From: a virus
Length of the DNA: 64,000 nucleotides
Virus genome (UHGV): UHGV-1519562
Strand: one strand, 5' to 3'
Of the stretch, positions 24,213 through 33,387 are shown one piece after another; the first letter of the stretch is position 1, and every line of letters begins with the position of its first letter. The translations under genes and the position numbers were made by a program. Under the pieces are notes generated by a model. It ran no database searches, was not told the DNA's origin, and was given only the letters and a program-made list of their open reading frames with translations.

Positions 24213-24245
24213 AAAAATTTATATTATAATATATATAGAAATTAA
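24212..24245 (+). promoter_or_regulatory. promoter-family copy (AT-rich upstream, -10 TATAAT, leader ATATATAGAAATTAAGAAAGGA)
   Basis: consensus AAAAATTTATATTATAATATATATAGAAA after terminator. Confidence 0.45.
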
Positions 24246-24339
24246 GAAAGGAATTGATGTTTATGAAATTATGGGTGGATGATATTCGGCCTGCGCTGCT
24301 GGTTATATTTGGGCTAAATCTGTTGAACAAGCGAAAACT

Positions 24340-24597
24340 ATGATTTCTTTTGCTCAAAATGGTTTTTTAATTGGATTAACTGATGATATTTTTCTTGATT
24401 TAATATCTCTCGACCATGATGCTGGAGATTTTGCTTCTGATGGTGGTGATTATATTGAAATTTTAAATTGGTTAGAAAGGGTTCAAAATGCTTTTGCTTG
24501 GCCTCTTTCTTGTAAATTTCATCTTCATTCCCAAAATCCTGTGGGAGTTCAAAATATGAGGAGAATTATTCAACATAATCACTGGGAGGAGATTTAA
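24340..24597 (+). CDS. conserved small phage protein, apparently frameshifted (N-terminal MKLWVDDIRPA segment in another frame from ~24257)
   Basis: track ORF lacks the conserved N-terminus, which is readable upstream in a different frame. Confidence 0.4.
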   Translation: MISFAQNGFLIGLTDDIFLDLISLDHDAGDFASDGGDYIEILNWLERVQNAFAWPLSCKFHLHSQNPVGVQNMRRIIQHNHWEEI

Positions 24598-24598
24598 T

Positions 24599-25495
24599 AT
24601 GAATAATTATCAAAATTTATATAATATTATTAAAACTATTTATATCCAAAAGCAAGAAGAAAAATCTACCAATTATCATTCTTATATCGAAATTCAAACA
24701 AGAGTAATGGAGCATTACCAAGAAGCTTTAAAAATTTTTCCTAAAGAAAATATTCTTGGTATTTTTTATCAAGGCGCCGCGAATTATGGTCTTGATACTG
24801 TAAATTCTGATGTTGATACTAAATGTCTTATTATTCCTACTATTGAAGATTTGGCTTTTAATAAAAAACCAGTAAGTTATACTCATGTTTTAAATAATAA
24901 TGAACACATTGATTTTAAAGATGTGCGGCTTTATATGAATGAGTTCCGCAAACAGAATATTAATTTTTTAGAAATTTTATACACTGATTATTGTTATGTA
25001 AATCCAAAATATCAATCTTTTTGGAATAAATTAATTTCTAAAAGAGATGAAATTGCTCATTATGATGAATTTAGAGCTTTAAATAGTATGCTTGGTATAA
25101 TGCAAAATGAGATTAATCGCATGTTTAAACCAACAGAGAGTCGAAAAGAAGTTGTAGAAAAATTTGGCTATGACCCAAAATGTTTTAGTCATTTAAATAG
25201 ACTTAGATTATTTTATAGTTGTTACTTGAATGATTCTTATTCTATTTGTTTAAAGTGTTATGATAGTTTTTGGAGAGAAAGATTAATCTTTTATAAAAAT
25301 GGATATGAAGATTTAAGTTTTGTAAAAATTTTTGTTGAAGATCAGCAAGAATGGGTAAAAAACCAGTATGAACGATTAAGTAATGAAAGAAAAAATTATT
25401 CTATCAATATAGAAATTTCTAATTACATGGATGAAGTATTATTAAATATTATTGAAAATTATTTGTGTTCATATTTTCAACCTACTGCTTTTTAA
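24599..25495 (+). CDS. nucleotidyltransferase-fold protein (Pol beta superfamily)
   Basis: QGAANYGLDTVNSDVDT fits the G[GS]x9-13Dh[DE] signature; second acidic motif IDFKDVR. Confidence 0.5.
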   Translation: MNNYQNLYNIIKTIYIQKQEEKSTNYHSYIEIQTRVMEHYQEALKIFPKENILGIFYQGAANYGLDTVNSDVDTKCLIIPTIEDLAFNKKPVSYTHVLNNNEHIDFKDVRLYMNEFRKQNINFLEILYTDYCYVNPKYQSFWNKLISKRDEIAHYDEFRALNSMLGIMQNEINRMFKPTESRKEVVEKFGYDPKCFSHLNRLRLFYSCYLNDSYSICLKCYDSFWRERLIFYKNGYEDLSFVKIFVEDQQEWVKNQYERLSNERKNYSINIEISNYMDEVLLNIIENYLCSYFQPTAF

Positions 25496-25507
25496 GGAGG
25501 AATTCTA

Positions 25508-26254
25508 GTGAAACAGTATTTTATCACTGGGGATACGCACGGTAAAAATTATCAACGTATTTGTCAAATGATTGAACAATATTCTTGCTCTCCTAAAAAT
25601 TCTTCTCTTATTATTCTTGGAGACGCAGGATTTAATTTTTGGTTAGATAAAAAAGAGCAAAAGTGGAAGAAAAGAGTAAATGATTTAGGATATTCGATTT
25701 ATTGTGTGCGGGGAAACCATGAAGAGCATCCTAAAAATTTACCTAATATTCAAGAAATTTGGGATGCAGAAATTCAAGGTTGGATTTATATTCAACCAGA
25801 TTTTCCTAACCTTAAATATTTGATTGACGGAAATACTTACTACTTTAATAGTCATTCTGCTATTGTTCTTGGTGGTGCTTATTCGGTTGATAAACATTAT
25901 AGATTAATGCAGGCTACTTTGAATCGTACCGATGATTGGACTGGTTGGTTTCCTGATGAACAATTAACACAGCAAGAGATGTTAGATATTAACAATAAAG
26001 TGATTAATCATCATTATGATTTAGTTCTATCTCATACTTGTCCTTTTGATTGGCGTCCTACTGCTTTATTTCTTCCTGGAATTGATCAATCTACTATTGA
26101 TAATACTATGGAAATTTGGATGAATGATTTAAAAGATAAGTTTTCTTGGAATAATTGGTTCTGGGGACACTTTCACGCAAATACAGATTACTATGATGGT
26201 AGATATATGTTATTTGAAAATATTTATAATTTAGAGGATTTAATTAATGATTGA
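25508..26254 (+). CDS. calcineurin-like metallophosphoesterase
   Basis: motifs GDTHG, GDAGFN, RGNHE, GHFH; GTG start after AAGGAGG RBS. Confidence 0.7.
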   Translation: MKQYFITGDTHGKNYQRICQMIEQYSCSPKNSSLIILGDAGFNFWLDKKEQKWKKRVNDLGYSIYCVRGNHEEHPKNLPNIQEIWDAEIQGWIYIQPDFPNLKYLIDGNTYYFNSHSAIVLGGAYSVDKHYRLMQATLNRTDDWTGWFPDEQLTQQEMLDINNKVINHHYDLVLSHTCPFDWRPTALFLPGIDQSTIDNTMEIWMNDLKDKFSWNNWFWGHFHANTDYYDGRYMLFENIYNLEDLIND

Positions 26255-26576
26255 TGGCGTTACAGTTTTAAAACAATATGATTTTACTTTGGACGCAAAT
26301 TTAATTATTATTCTTAGTATTTTAACTGGTATATTGTTTTTCTTTTTAGTTAAAATGCTTTGGTTTGATATGAAACCTGAAGGAAATTTAATACCTCTTA
26401 TATGGGGAGTAACGATTGGTTTATTAGCTGCTTTTTATTTAAAATCTGATGATTCTTCTCCTTGTCGTTATGATGTTATTATAGATGATTCTGTTTCAGT
26501 TAATGAATTATATAAAGATTATGAAATATTAAAAGTAGAAGGAAAAATTTATACAATTACTTTAAGGGAGAAATAA
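26247..26576 (+). CDS. small membrane protein
   Basis: hydrophobic segments LIIILSILTGILFFFLV and GVTIGLLAAFYL. Confidence 0.5.
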   Translation: MIDGVTVLKQYDFTLDANLIIILSILTGILFFFLVKMLWFDMKPEGNLIPLIWGVTIGLLAAFYLKSDDSSPCRYDVIIDDSVSVNELYKDYEILKVEGKIYTITLREK

Positions 26577-26578
26577 TA

Positions 26579-27097
26579 ATGACTAATAAATATGAAGCAC
26601 GAATTTTCCCCAATGGACGTATCGCGTTTTATAAAAGCAAAGATTTAGAAGATGCCATCAAAGCTGATAAAGAATTGTTGATTGTATGTAATTGTCATAC
26701 TGGTGGAAGCACTTTAGCTATGGGCGCCCACAAAATGCCCGATCGGAATAATCCTGATGAAACTATCACATTTTTATACAACTCAAGCATCAGCCGTCAA
26801 GTATTTACAGGAGAAGAAATGAATCGTTTTTATAAGGTTATTTTTACTCCTGGCGAAAGGATTTTTGATAATAACTCTGACTATGCTACACGATATGACT
26901 ATGGCCACCATTGTTTCTATAATGGCAGCAAAAAAATGAAAGTAAATGAGGAAATGACTGCGCGTTATCTCAATAAAGAACAAGTAAAAGCAATGATTGG
27001 AATTGGTGTTTTTACTGAAAAGGCATTGGATTACTGTATTGAAGCAATAAGTAATAAAAATGCTATCGAAGATTCTGTAAACGAATGTTCTAGTTAA
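26579..27097 (+). CDS. hypothetical protein
   Basis: 172 aa ORF. Confidence 0.55.
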   Translation: MTNKYEARIFPNGRIAFYKSKDLEDAIKADKELLIVCNCHTGGSTLAMGAHKMPDRNNPDETITFLYNSSISRQVFTGEEMNRFYKVIFTPGERIFDNNSDYATRYDYGHHCFYNGSKKMKVNEEMTARYLNKEQVKAMIGIGVFTEKALDYCIEAISNKNAIEDSVNECSS

Positions 27098-27121
27098 AAA
27101 GAAATTTATTTTAAATTTAAG

Positions 27122-27160
27122 GACAAAACTTTTAAAAGTTTTGTCATTAATTTATTTTTT
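27122..27160 (+). terminator. terminator-like hairpin
   Basis: stem GACAAAACTTTT / AAAAGTTTTGTC, T-run slightly downstream. Confidence 0.5.
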
Positions 27161-27200
27161 TAAAAAAATATTATATAATATATATAGAAAGTTAAGGAAT
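27160..27200 (+). promoter_or_regulatory. promoter-family copy with conserved leader
   Basis: AAAAAAATATTATATAATATATATAGAAAGTTAAGGAA. Confidence 0.45.
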
Positions 27201-27229
27201 AAATAAATAAGAAAGAGGTTGAAATTTTT

Positions 27230-27499
27230 ATGATTTATAGAAAAAGCAAATATAGTAAAGATCAGACTGCAATTTGGCAAGGTGAAACCGCGGTTATTCT
27301 TGCCCAATCAGCAGAAGCTATGACAATAGATGAAATTAAAAAGAATAGTATTCAATTAACAGGTGTTTCTACTCAAAAAATGGCTAGGATTCTTGGGCAT
27401 TTAATTGAAATGGGTATGGTAACAAAAGCAAAAAGCAAAAGTGGTAAAATGGTCTATAAATCTTTAGCAGTTATGGAAGCACAAGGCTATGAAATTTAA
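27230..27499 (+). CDS. putative winged-helix DNA-binding protein
   Basis: MTIDEI...GVSTQKMARILGHLIEMGMV resembles an HTH; weak. Confidence 0.4.
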   Translation: MIYRKSKYSKDQTAIWQGETAVILAQSAEAMTIDEIKKNSIQLTGVSTQKMARILGHLIEMGMVTKAKSKSGKMVYKSLAVMEAQGYEI

Positions 27500-27518
27500 A
27501 TAAAGGAGTTTGATATTT

Positions 27519-28787
27519 ATGGCATACTATGGTTTAGTAACTAAAATTGAGAATGTAAGAAAAGACCCTAATTCTGATAGACTCTATTTAGCTGACTGTT
27601 TTAGAGAAGGAGTTATTGTAGGCCCTGATATAAAGGAAGGTGAGTTAGTTCTTTATCTTCCTACTGATGGAGCTATTGAGCGTTGGTTTGGTGATGAGTT
27701 TAAGCTTTTCCGCAAGAATTTAGATGGCACCGCACAAGGTGGTTATTTGGAAAATAATGCTCATATTAGAGCAATTAAGCTGAGAGGTAATGAATCTTCT
27801 GGTATTGTTATTTCTTATTCTGCTATTGTTGAGCATTTTGGTGAGCAAAATTGGAAAGACGGCGATCAAGTAACTGAAATTAATAATAAACTGTTTTGTT
27901 ATAAATATATTCCTAGACCTTCGGCTACTCCTCGCACTACTCCTAAGACTTCTTATAAAGGTCGTAAAGCAGCTGGAATTAAGTATCCTGATTTTGCTAT
28001 GCACATTGATACTGCTCAATTAGCTTACAATCTTGGAATCTTTAGACCTGGAGATAAAATTAATCTAACCCTTAAAATGCATGGAACTAGCCAGCGTAGT
28101 GCATATACTTGGGCAGAATATCCTATGTCTTGGTTTAGAAAACTATTTCATATGAAGCCTAAGAGAAAGTTACAGTATGTTTTAGGTACTCGTAGAACTG
28201 TTGTTACTACTGATGGGGCAGGTTATTATGGTAATGACAAATTTAGATTTAGTCATCATGAAGCTTTAAAACCTTATCTTGATGAAGGTATGGAGGTTTT
28301 TTATGAAGTAGTTGGTTGGTATGGAGCAAAAGAAAATGAAACTATTATGCCAATTGTAGATAATAGTAAAATTAATGACAAGAAATTTATGAAAAAGTTT
28401 GGTAAGTATACTACTTTTTCTTATGGTTGTACTCCTGGTCATTCTGCGATGTGGATTTATAGAATTACTTCTCACAATGGAGAGTATGAATATTCTCCAG
28501 AGGAAATTACTACTTGGTGTAATGAATATGGTTTTAATCGTGTTCCTATCATTGAGGATTTTGAATTTACTACTGTTGATGACTTGCTCGCTAAAATTGA
28601 CAAATATTTTGAAGATATTGTTGATCCAGTTGGTTTAACTCATGTTAAAGAAGGTGTAGTGGTTAGAATCGCTAATAGATGTACTTTTACTGCATTAAAA
28701 CAAAAAACCTGGGAGTTTAAAGTCCTTGAAGGTCTAGTTAAAGATACTGAAACCCAGCCCGATATGGAAGAAGCACAGGAGATTTAA
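27519..28787 (+). CDS. RNA ligase, Rnl2-like (nucleotidyltransferase motif I KxHGT)
   Basis: LTLKMHGTSQ matches the ligase motif I lysine-adenylation signature in its Rnl2-type form; ATG after AAGGAG RBS. Confidence 0.55.
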   Translation: MAYYGLVTKIENVRKDPNSDRLYLADCFREGVIVGPDIKEGELVLYLPTDGAIERWFGDEFKLFRKNLDGTAQGGYLENNAHIRAIKLRGNESSGIVISYSAIVEHFGEQNWKDGDQVTEINNKLFCYKYIPRPSATPRTTPKTSYKGRKAAGIKYPDFAMHIDTAQLAYNLGIFRPGDKINLTLKMHGTSQRSAYTWAEYPMSWFRKLFHMKPKRKLQYVLGTRRTVVTTDGAGYYGNDKFRFSHHEALKPYLDEGMEVFYEVVGWYGAKENETIMPIVDNSKINDKKFMKKFGKYTTFSYGCTPGHSAMWIYRITSHNGEYEYSPEEITTWCNEYGFNRVPIIEDFEFTTVDDLLAKIDKYFEDIVDPVGLTHVKEGVVVRIANRCTFTALKQKTWEFKVLEGLVKDTETQPDMEEAQEI

Positions 28788-28789
28788 AT

Positions 28790-29239
28790 ATGACTTTAGA
28801 AATTATGCACAATGACATGATGCAGGCTTTGAAGAATGGTGATACTCAAAAGAAGAATGTACTTTCCAATATGATTGGTGAAGTACAAAAAGCAGCAATT
28901 ACACCAAAAGGCAGAATTGAAATTACCGAAGAGCTTGTTAATAATACTTTAATCAAGTATCAAAAGATGATTCAAGAAATGATTGATACTTGTCCAGAAA
29001 ATCGCGAAGAGTTATTTATTCAATATAATCTTGATATGGCTGTTGTAAAGCAGTATGCACCACAACTTCTTACTGACAAAGAAGCAATTAAAACTCAAAT
29101 TGAAAAGATGCTTGCAGAAAATAAGCTCGATGCAATTAAGGCAAATAAAGGCAGAGCAATGAAACTTTTTGCTCCTGTTTTTAAAGGTAAAGCAGATATG
29201 AAAATTGTTAATCAAATTGTATCGGAGGTAATGACCTAA
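28790..29239 (+). CDS. GatB/YqeY-domain protein
   Basis: C-terminal GRAMKLFAPVFKGKADMKIVNQIVSEVM matches the YqeY signature. Confidence 0.65.
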   Translation: MTLEIMHNDMMQALKNGDTQKKNVLSNMIGEVQKAAITPKGRIEITEELVNNTLIKYQKMIQEMIDTCPENREELFIQYNLDMAVVKQYAPQLLTDKEAIKTQIEKMLAENKLDAIKANKGRAMKLFAPVFKGKADMKIVNQIVSEVMT

Positions 29240-29416
29240 TATGTTTTATTTAATAATGACGATTATTTGGGGTATCTTAATGTGTGTTAATGGAGTTTTG
29301 CTATGCGAAACAATTTTACATAATAGATGTCAAGAAAAGAAAATGCGTATTTTCTGGTTCCTCTTTTGCGTATTTTGGTTTATTTTTGAAATCTTGCGGC
29401 TCGGAGGCTTTATTCT

Positions 29417-29635
29417 TTGAAAATTGTAATTGATAAAAAAGATTTTATGGAATATATTCGTGCTATGGTAGATAAGGATTTTGACAATTTTATGTTTGCA
29501 AATCCTTACGCGACAGAAGAAGATTATATTAATTTATATTATTCTTTTGATACAATTCATAATTTAGATGATATTTGTGAAGAAGAATATTGTAGAAGAA
29601 TTATTAATGGTGAAATAGAAGAAATTGAAGATTGA
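29417..29635 (+). CDS. hypothetical protein
   Basis: 72 aa ORF. Confidence 0.45.
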   Translation: MKIVIDKKDFMEYIRAMVDKDFDNFMFANPYATEEDYINLYYSFDTIHNLDDICEEEYCRRIINGEIEEIED

Positions 29636-29640
29636 AAGAA

Positions 29641-29687
29641 TTAAGGGCAAAGATTAAGATCTTTTGCCCTTAATTTATTTTTTTAAA
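29641..29687 (+). terminator. rho-independent terminator
   Basis: stem TTAAGGGCAAAGAT / ATCTTTTGCCCTTAA plus T-run. Confidence 0.65.
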
Positions 29688-29725
29688 AATTTATATTATA
29701 ATATATATAGAAAGTTAAGAAAGGA
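29685..29725 (+). promoter_or_regulatory. promoter-family copy with conserved leader
   Basis: AAAAATTTATATTATAATATATATAGAAAGTTAAGAAAGGA. Confidence 0.45.
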
Positions 29726-29735
29726 ATTGATATTT

Positions 29736-29903
29736 ATGAATAAGGGTAAAGTTTATTGTTTTACTGACCTTCATGGCGATTCAAATTTGTTTAAGCAAAT
29801 TAAAAATTTCATTCAAGCAGAAGATAAAGTATTCGTGTTGGGTGATGTAATTGACAGAGGGACAGAAGGTTGTCAAAGCCTTTCTCTACACGAAAATATT
29901 TAA
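29736..29903 (+). pseudogene. truncated metallophosphoesterase remnant (N-terminal ~55 aa only)
   Basis: DLHGD...GDVIDRG motifs then premature stop; no downstream GNHE motif in any frame. Confidence 0.45.
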
Positions 29904-30073
29904 CAGACAATAATATACGTATTATTTTTACAAATTATGTAGAAATGTTAAAATATAAAATTTGGAAAAAGACAGAAATTAAAAAAATAAATACAGAAAA
30001 AGAAAGAAAAGAACTTAAAGAATATTTTGAAATTGTAAAAAAACAAATTGAGGAGTTTGATAAAAATGTCTAA
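29870..30073 (+). CDS. small hypothetical ORF (may be non-coding remnant)
   Basis: 67 aa Lys-rich ORF overlapping the truncated gene. Confidence 0.25.
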   Translation: MSKPFSTRKYLTDNNIRIIFTNYVEMLKYKIWKKTEIKKINTEKERKELKEYFEIVKKQIEEFDKNV

Positions 30074-30341
30074 AGACCCTAGAAAATATGAAATGCACGA
30101 TTTTTATTGTATGAATTGCGGAAAGAAGTCAATGTCAATTCCTCGATTAAGAGGACGTTTTAGAGAAGTTGGGCATAAGAAAGTTATGTATTGCCCTCAT
30201 TGTAAAGAAACTGTTAATATGGTAGAATGTAGAAACGATGAAGAAGCATATAATTTTAAACTAGATTTTGAAGAAGGTCTTTTTAAAGAAGAAGCACAAA
30301 ATAGTATTTCTTATGTAAAGGAGTTTGGTATTTATGATTAA
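30066..30341 (+). CDS. zinc-ribbon protein
   Basis: CMNCG...CPHCK pair. Confidence 0.5.
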   Translation: MSKDPRKYEMHDFYCMNCGKKSMSIPRLRGRFREVGHKKVMYCPHCKETVNMVECRNDEEAYNFKLDFEEGLFKEEAQNSISYVKEFGIYD

Positions 30342-30837
30342 TTTGCATATTCTTTGTGGTATTCCTGCTTCCGGCAAATCTACTTGGGCAAAACAACAGA
30401 ATGGTAAAATTATTTCAAGAGATGAAATCCGTAAGAATTATGTAGGCGAAAATCCTGGAAAAAATTATTTTAGTAAAGAAAAACAAGTATATAAAGAAAT
30501 GATTACAAATATTAAAATTGCAATCAAAGAAAATATAAAAAATATTTATATAGATGCAACTCATATTGATGTTTCTTCAAGAGCTAAACTTTTAAACAAT
30601 TTTTTTAATCTAAAAGATAAGAATAATATTAATCTTACTTTTGATTATTTTCCTATTCTTTTAGATGTTGCTTTAAAAAGAAATTCTGAAAGAGAAGGTT
30701 TTGCTAAAGTCCCAGAAGAAGCAATAAAAAATTTTTATTTTAAATCTTCTATTCCTTCTAAGGATGAGATGAATAAATATCTTGATTGGGGTTTTCATAA
30801 TGTGAATACTATTTTGCATTATACTGAGGAGGTGTAA
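30334..30837 (+). CDS. P-loop polynucleotide-kinase-like protein (Pnk-type AAA kinase)
   Basis: Walker A GIPASGKST followed by RDEIR, as in T4 Pnkp-type kinase domains. Confidence 0.55.
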   Translation: MINLHILCGIPASGKSTWAKQQNGKIISRDEIRKNYVGENPGKNYFSKEKQVYKEMITNIKIAIKENIKNIYIDATHIDVSSRAKLLNNFFNLKDKNNINLTFDYFPILLDVALKRNSEREGFAKVPEEAIKNFYFKSSIPSKDEMNKYLDWGFHNVNTILHYTEEV

Positions 30838-30839
30838 TA

Positions 30840-31385
30840 ATGGTTTGGTTTACCAGTGATCTTCATCTAGGCCATAATAAGCCCTTTCTTTATGAACCAA
30901 GAGGGTTTAAGAATATTCAAGAACATGATAACGCAATTATTGAAAATTGGAATAAAATTATTCGTCCTAATGATAAAATTTATGTGCTTGGCGATTTAAT
31001 GCTAAATGATAATGAAGCAGGAATTGAAAAAATTAAACAGTTAAAAGGACAAATTTATGTAGTTAGAGGAAACCATGATAGTGAAGTTCGTGTAAATTTA
31101 TATAATAATTGTAACAATATTATTAAAGTAACTGAAGGTCAATTTCTAAGATATGGTAAATATCATTTTTATTTAAGCCATTATCCTACACTTTGTAGTA
31201 ATTTTGATAATGAGAAACCTCTTAAAGCAAGAATGATTAGTATGTGCGGACACTCTCATAGTCAGGACGCTTTTGCGGATTGGGATAAAGGTCTTATTTA
31301 TCATGTAGAATTGGATGCTCATAATAATTTTCCTGTTTCTATTGATTCAATTATTAAGGATATTAAAAACAAAATTAAACAATAA
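30840..31385 (+). CDS. calcineurin-like metallophosphoesterase (candidate phosphatase partner of the kinase)
   Basis: SDLHLGH, GDLMLND, RGNHD, GHSH motifs. Confidence 0.65.
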   Translation: MVWFTSDLHLGHNKPFLYEPRGFKNIQEHDNAIIENWNKIIRPNDKIYVLGDLMLNDNEAGIEKIKQLKGQIYVVRGNHDSEVRVNLYNNCNNIIKVTEGQFLRYGKYHFYLSHYPTLCSNFDNEKPLKARMISMCGHSHSQDAFADWDKGLIYHVELDAHNNFPVSIDSIIKDIKNKIKQ

Positions 31386-31387
31386 AT

Positions 31388-31421
31388 TAAAGACCCTAGA
31401 GTGCTTTTACTCTAGGGTCTT
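31388..31421 (+). terminator. terminator-like hairpin followed by GC-rich segment
   Basis: stem AGACCCTAGAGT / ACTCTAGGGTCT. Confidence 0.5.
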
Positions 31422-31489
31422 CGTGCATATTCGTGGCGGCCCGTGTCGCCGAATTTTCGCGCCTCTAGCAATTTTTTACGCAAATACCA

Positions 31490-31523
31490 AGAATTTTATT
31501 TTTCTCAGAATTTATGATATAAT
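31490..31523 (+). promoter_or_regulatory. promoter-family copy (TGnTATAAT)
   Basis: ATTTATGATATAATTATAAT upstream of 31554 ORF. Confidence 0.4.
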
Positions 31524-31553
31524 TATAATATAAAATAAGATAGGAGAATTTTA

Positions 31554-31991
31554 ATGAGTCTAAGAAAAACAATTAATCTTTTACCCGTAGAATTTAATTA
31601 CACAAATAATTCAATTGAGGCAATAATTTATTATGAACGAAAATACTATACTGGGATTGCTACTTGTCATTCTGATGATATGGACTTTTTCTCAACCAAA
31701 GTAGGTCAAACAATAGCTCACAAAAGAGCAATTATTAATGCTTTAAAAGATATTAAAGAAAAAACTAATATCGAATATAACGCTGTAAAAAGATTTTATA
31801 ACGATATTTTAAGAGAAAATAAAAAATGTGAGTATATCATTGTCATTAAAGAAATAGTAAGGTTAAAACGGCAAATTAATAAATATTTGGGTTATATTAA
31901 AACAGAAGAAAAAGAATTAAATACATATTTAAAAGCTCAAAGTAAAGTAATTACTTCTCTAAAAAGACAAAGAAAGGCCATAAATAATTAA
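31554..31991 (+). CDS. hypothetical protein
   Basis: 145 aa ORF behind promoter and RBS TAGGAG. Confidence 0.55.
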   Translation: MSLRKTINLLPVEFNYTNNSIEAIIYYERKYYTGIATCHSDDMDFFSTKVGQTIAHKRAIINALKDIKEKTNIEYNAVKRFYNDILRENKKCEYIIVIKEIVRLKRQINKYLGYIKTEEKELNTYLKAQSKVITSLKRQRKAINN

Positions 31992-32044
31992 TTATTTTAT
32001 TTATTTTTTAATCTAATAAAGAAAGATAATTTATTTTATCTTAT

Positions 32045-33316
32045 TTGAACAATAGGAGAGTGGAAATTATTATTAAATTCTACGATACTTGTAGTCTTTT
32101 ATTAGCCGGAGAATCAGCTTTTGAAGATAATGAAAAATTTATCATTTCTTCTATTACTTTAAAAGAGTTAGAAAGAATTAAAACTGCGGCAAATAAAGAT
32201 TCTGATATAAAATATTCCGCAAGACTTTTGCTTCATTTATTTGAAAAATATCCAAATAATTATTCTGTTAAAATTCATCAAACAAATTATGAATACATTT
32301 TAGATAAAATGAATTTTGATATTAATGATGATGCTAGAATTTTGTCTGATGCTTGGAATGAGTTTGAAACAAATAAATGTTTAGAATTTATAACTAATGA
32401 TTTAAGTTTAAAACATATTGCTTTATGTTTGTTTCCCAAAGAAAATGTTTCTTCTATTGAAGAAGATTTAGATACTTATAGTGGAATTGCAGAAATTACT
32501 GCTAATGAAGAATTAATTTCTGAATTTTATGAAAATCCTAACCATAATCATTTTAATCTTAAAAAAGGAGAATATCTACTTTTAAAAAATCCTGATAATT
32601 TTGATGAACTTATAGATGTGCGGGTTTGGACAGGAGAAACTTATCGTTATTTAAAATTTCCTACTTTTGATTCTACCTGGTTTGGAAAAGTACAACCATA
32701 TCAAGGAGATATATATCAAAAATGTGCTTTTGATAGTTTAGCTAATAATAAAATTACTTTGCTACAAGGCCCAGCAGGAGTAGGAAAATCTTACATTTCT
32801 CTAGCTTTTTTAATGTATATGTTAGAAAAAAATAGAATAGATAAAATTATAATCTTTTGTAATACAGTGGCAACTATTAATTCCGCTAAATTAGGGTTTT
32901 ACCCAGGTACAAAAGACGATAAATTACTTGACTCGCAAATTGGAAATATGCTTTCCGCCAAATTGGGTGGTAAAGAAGGTGTTCTTCGTATGATGGAAGA
33001 AGATAAATTAGTTTTATTGCCTTTTAGCGATATTAGAGGTTATGATACTAGCGGAATGAACGCAGGTATTTATATAACAGAAGCACAAAATTTAGACAGA
33101 ACTTTAATTAAATTAGCTCTTCAACGTATTGGTGAAGATTGTATTTGTATTATTGATGGTGATGCTAAAACGCAAGTTGACTCATTAGCTTATTCTGGTA
33201 ATAATAATGGTATGAGAAGAATGTCTAAAATTTTTAGAGGTTCTGATATTTATGGAGAAGTAACTTTAAATAATATTCATAGATCTAAAATAGCAGAACT
33301 TGCAGAATTAATTTAA
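32045..33316 (+). CDS. PhoH-like ATPase with N-terminal PIN-like domain
   Basis: Walker A GPAGVGKS and KLGFYPGT matching the PhoH signature; N-terminal YDTCSLL acidic motif. Confidence 0.65.
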   Translation: MNNRRVEIIIKFYDTCSLLLAGESAFEDNEKFIISSITLKELERIKTAANKDSDIKYSARLLLHLFEKYPNNYSVKIHQTNYEYILDKMNFDINDDARILSDAWNEFETNKCLEFITNDLSLKHIALCLFPKENVSSIEEDLDTYSGIAEITANEELISEFYENPNHNHFNLKKGEYLLLKNPDNFDELIDVRVWTGETYRYLKFPTFDSTWFGKVQPYQGDIYQKCAFDSLANNKITLLQGPAGVGKSYISLAFLMYMLEKNRIDKIIIFCNTVATINSAKLGFYPGTKDDKLLDSQIGNMLSAKLGGKEGVLRMMEEDKLVLLPFSDIRGYDTSGMNAGIYITEAQNLDRTLIKLALQRIGEDCICIIDGDAKTQVDSLAYSGNNNGMRRMSKIFRGSDIYGEVTLNNIHRSKIAELAELI

Positions 33317-33322
33317 TAATAA

Positions 33323-33360
33323 TAATAATTAAAGAGCTAGGATTTTATCCTAGCTCTTTT
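33323..33360 (+). terminator. rho-independent terminator
   Basis: stem AGAGCTAGGA / TCCTAGCTCT plus T7. Confidence 0.7.
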
Positions 33361-33387
33361 TTTAAAACAAAAGAAAGGAGAATGTAT

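Noticed and set aside
31315-31533. 72-aa ORF spanning the terminator, GC-rich segment and promoter between 30840 and 31554 genes
   Set aside because: Covers obvious regulatory elements, no RBS, overlaps upstream gene end.
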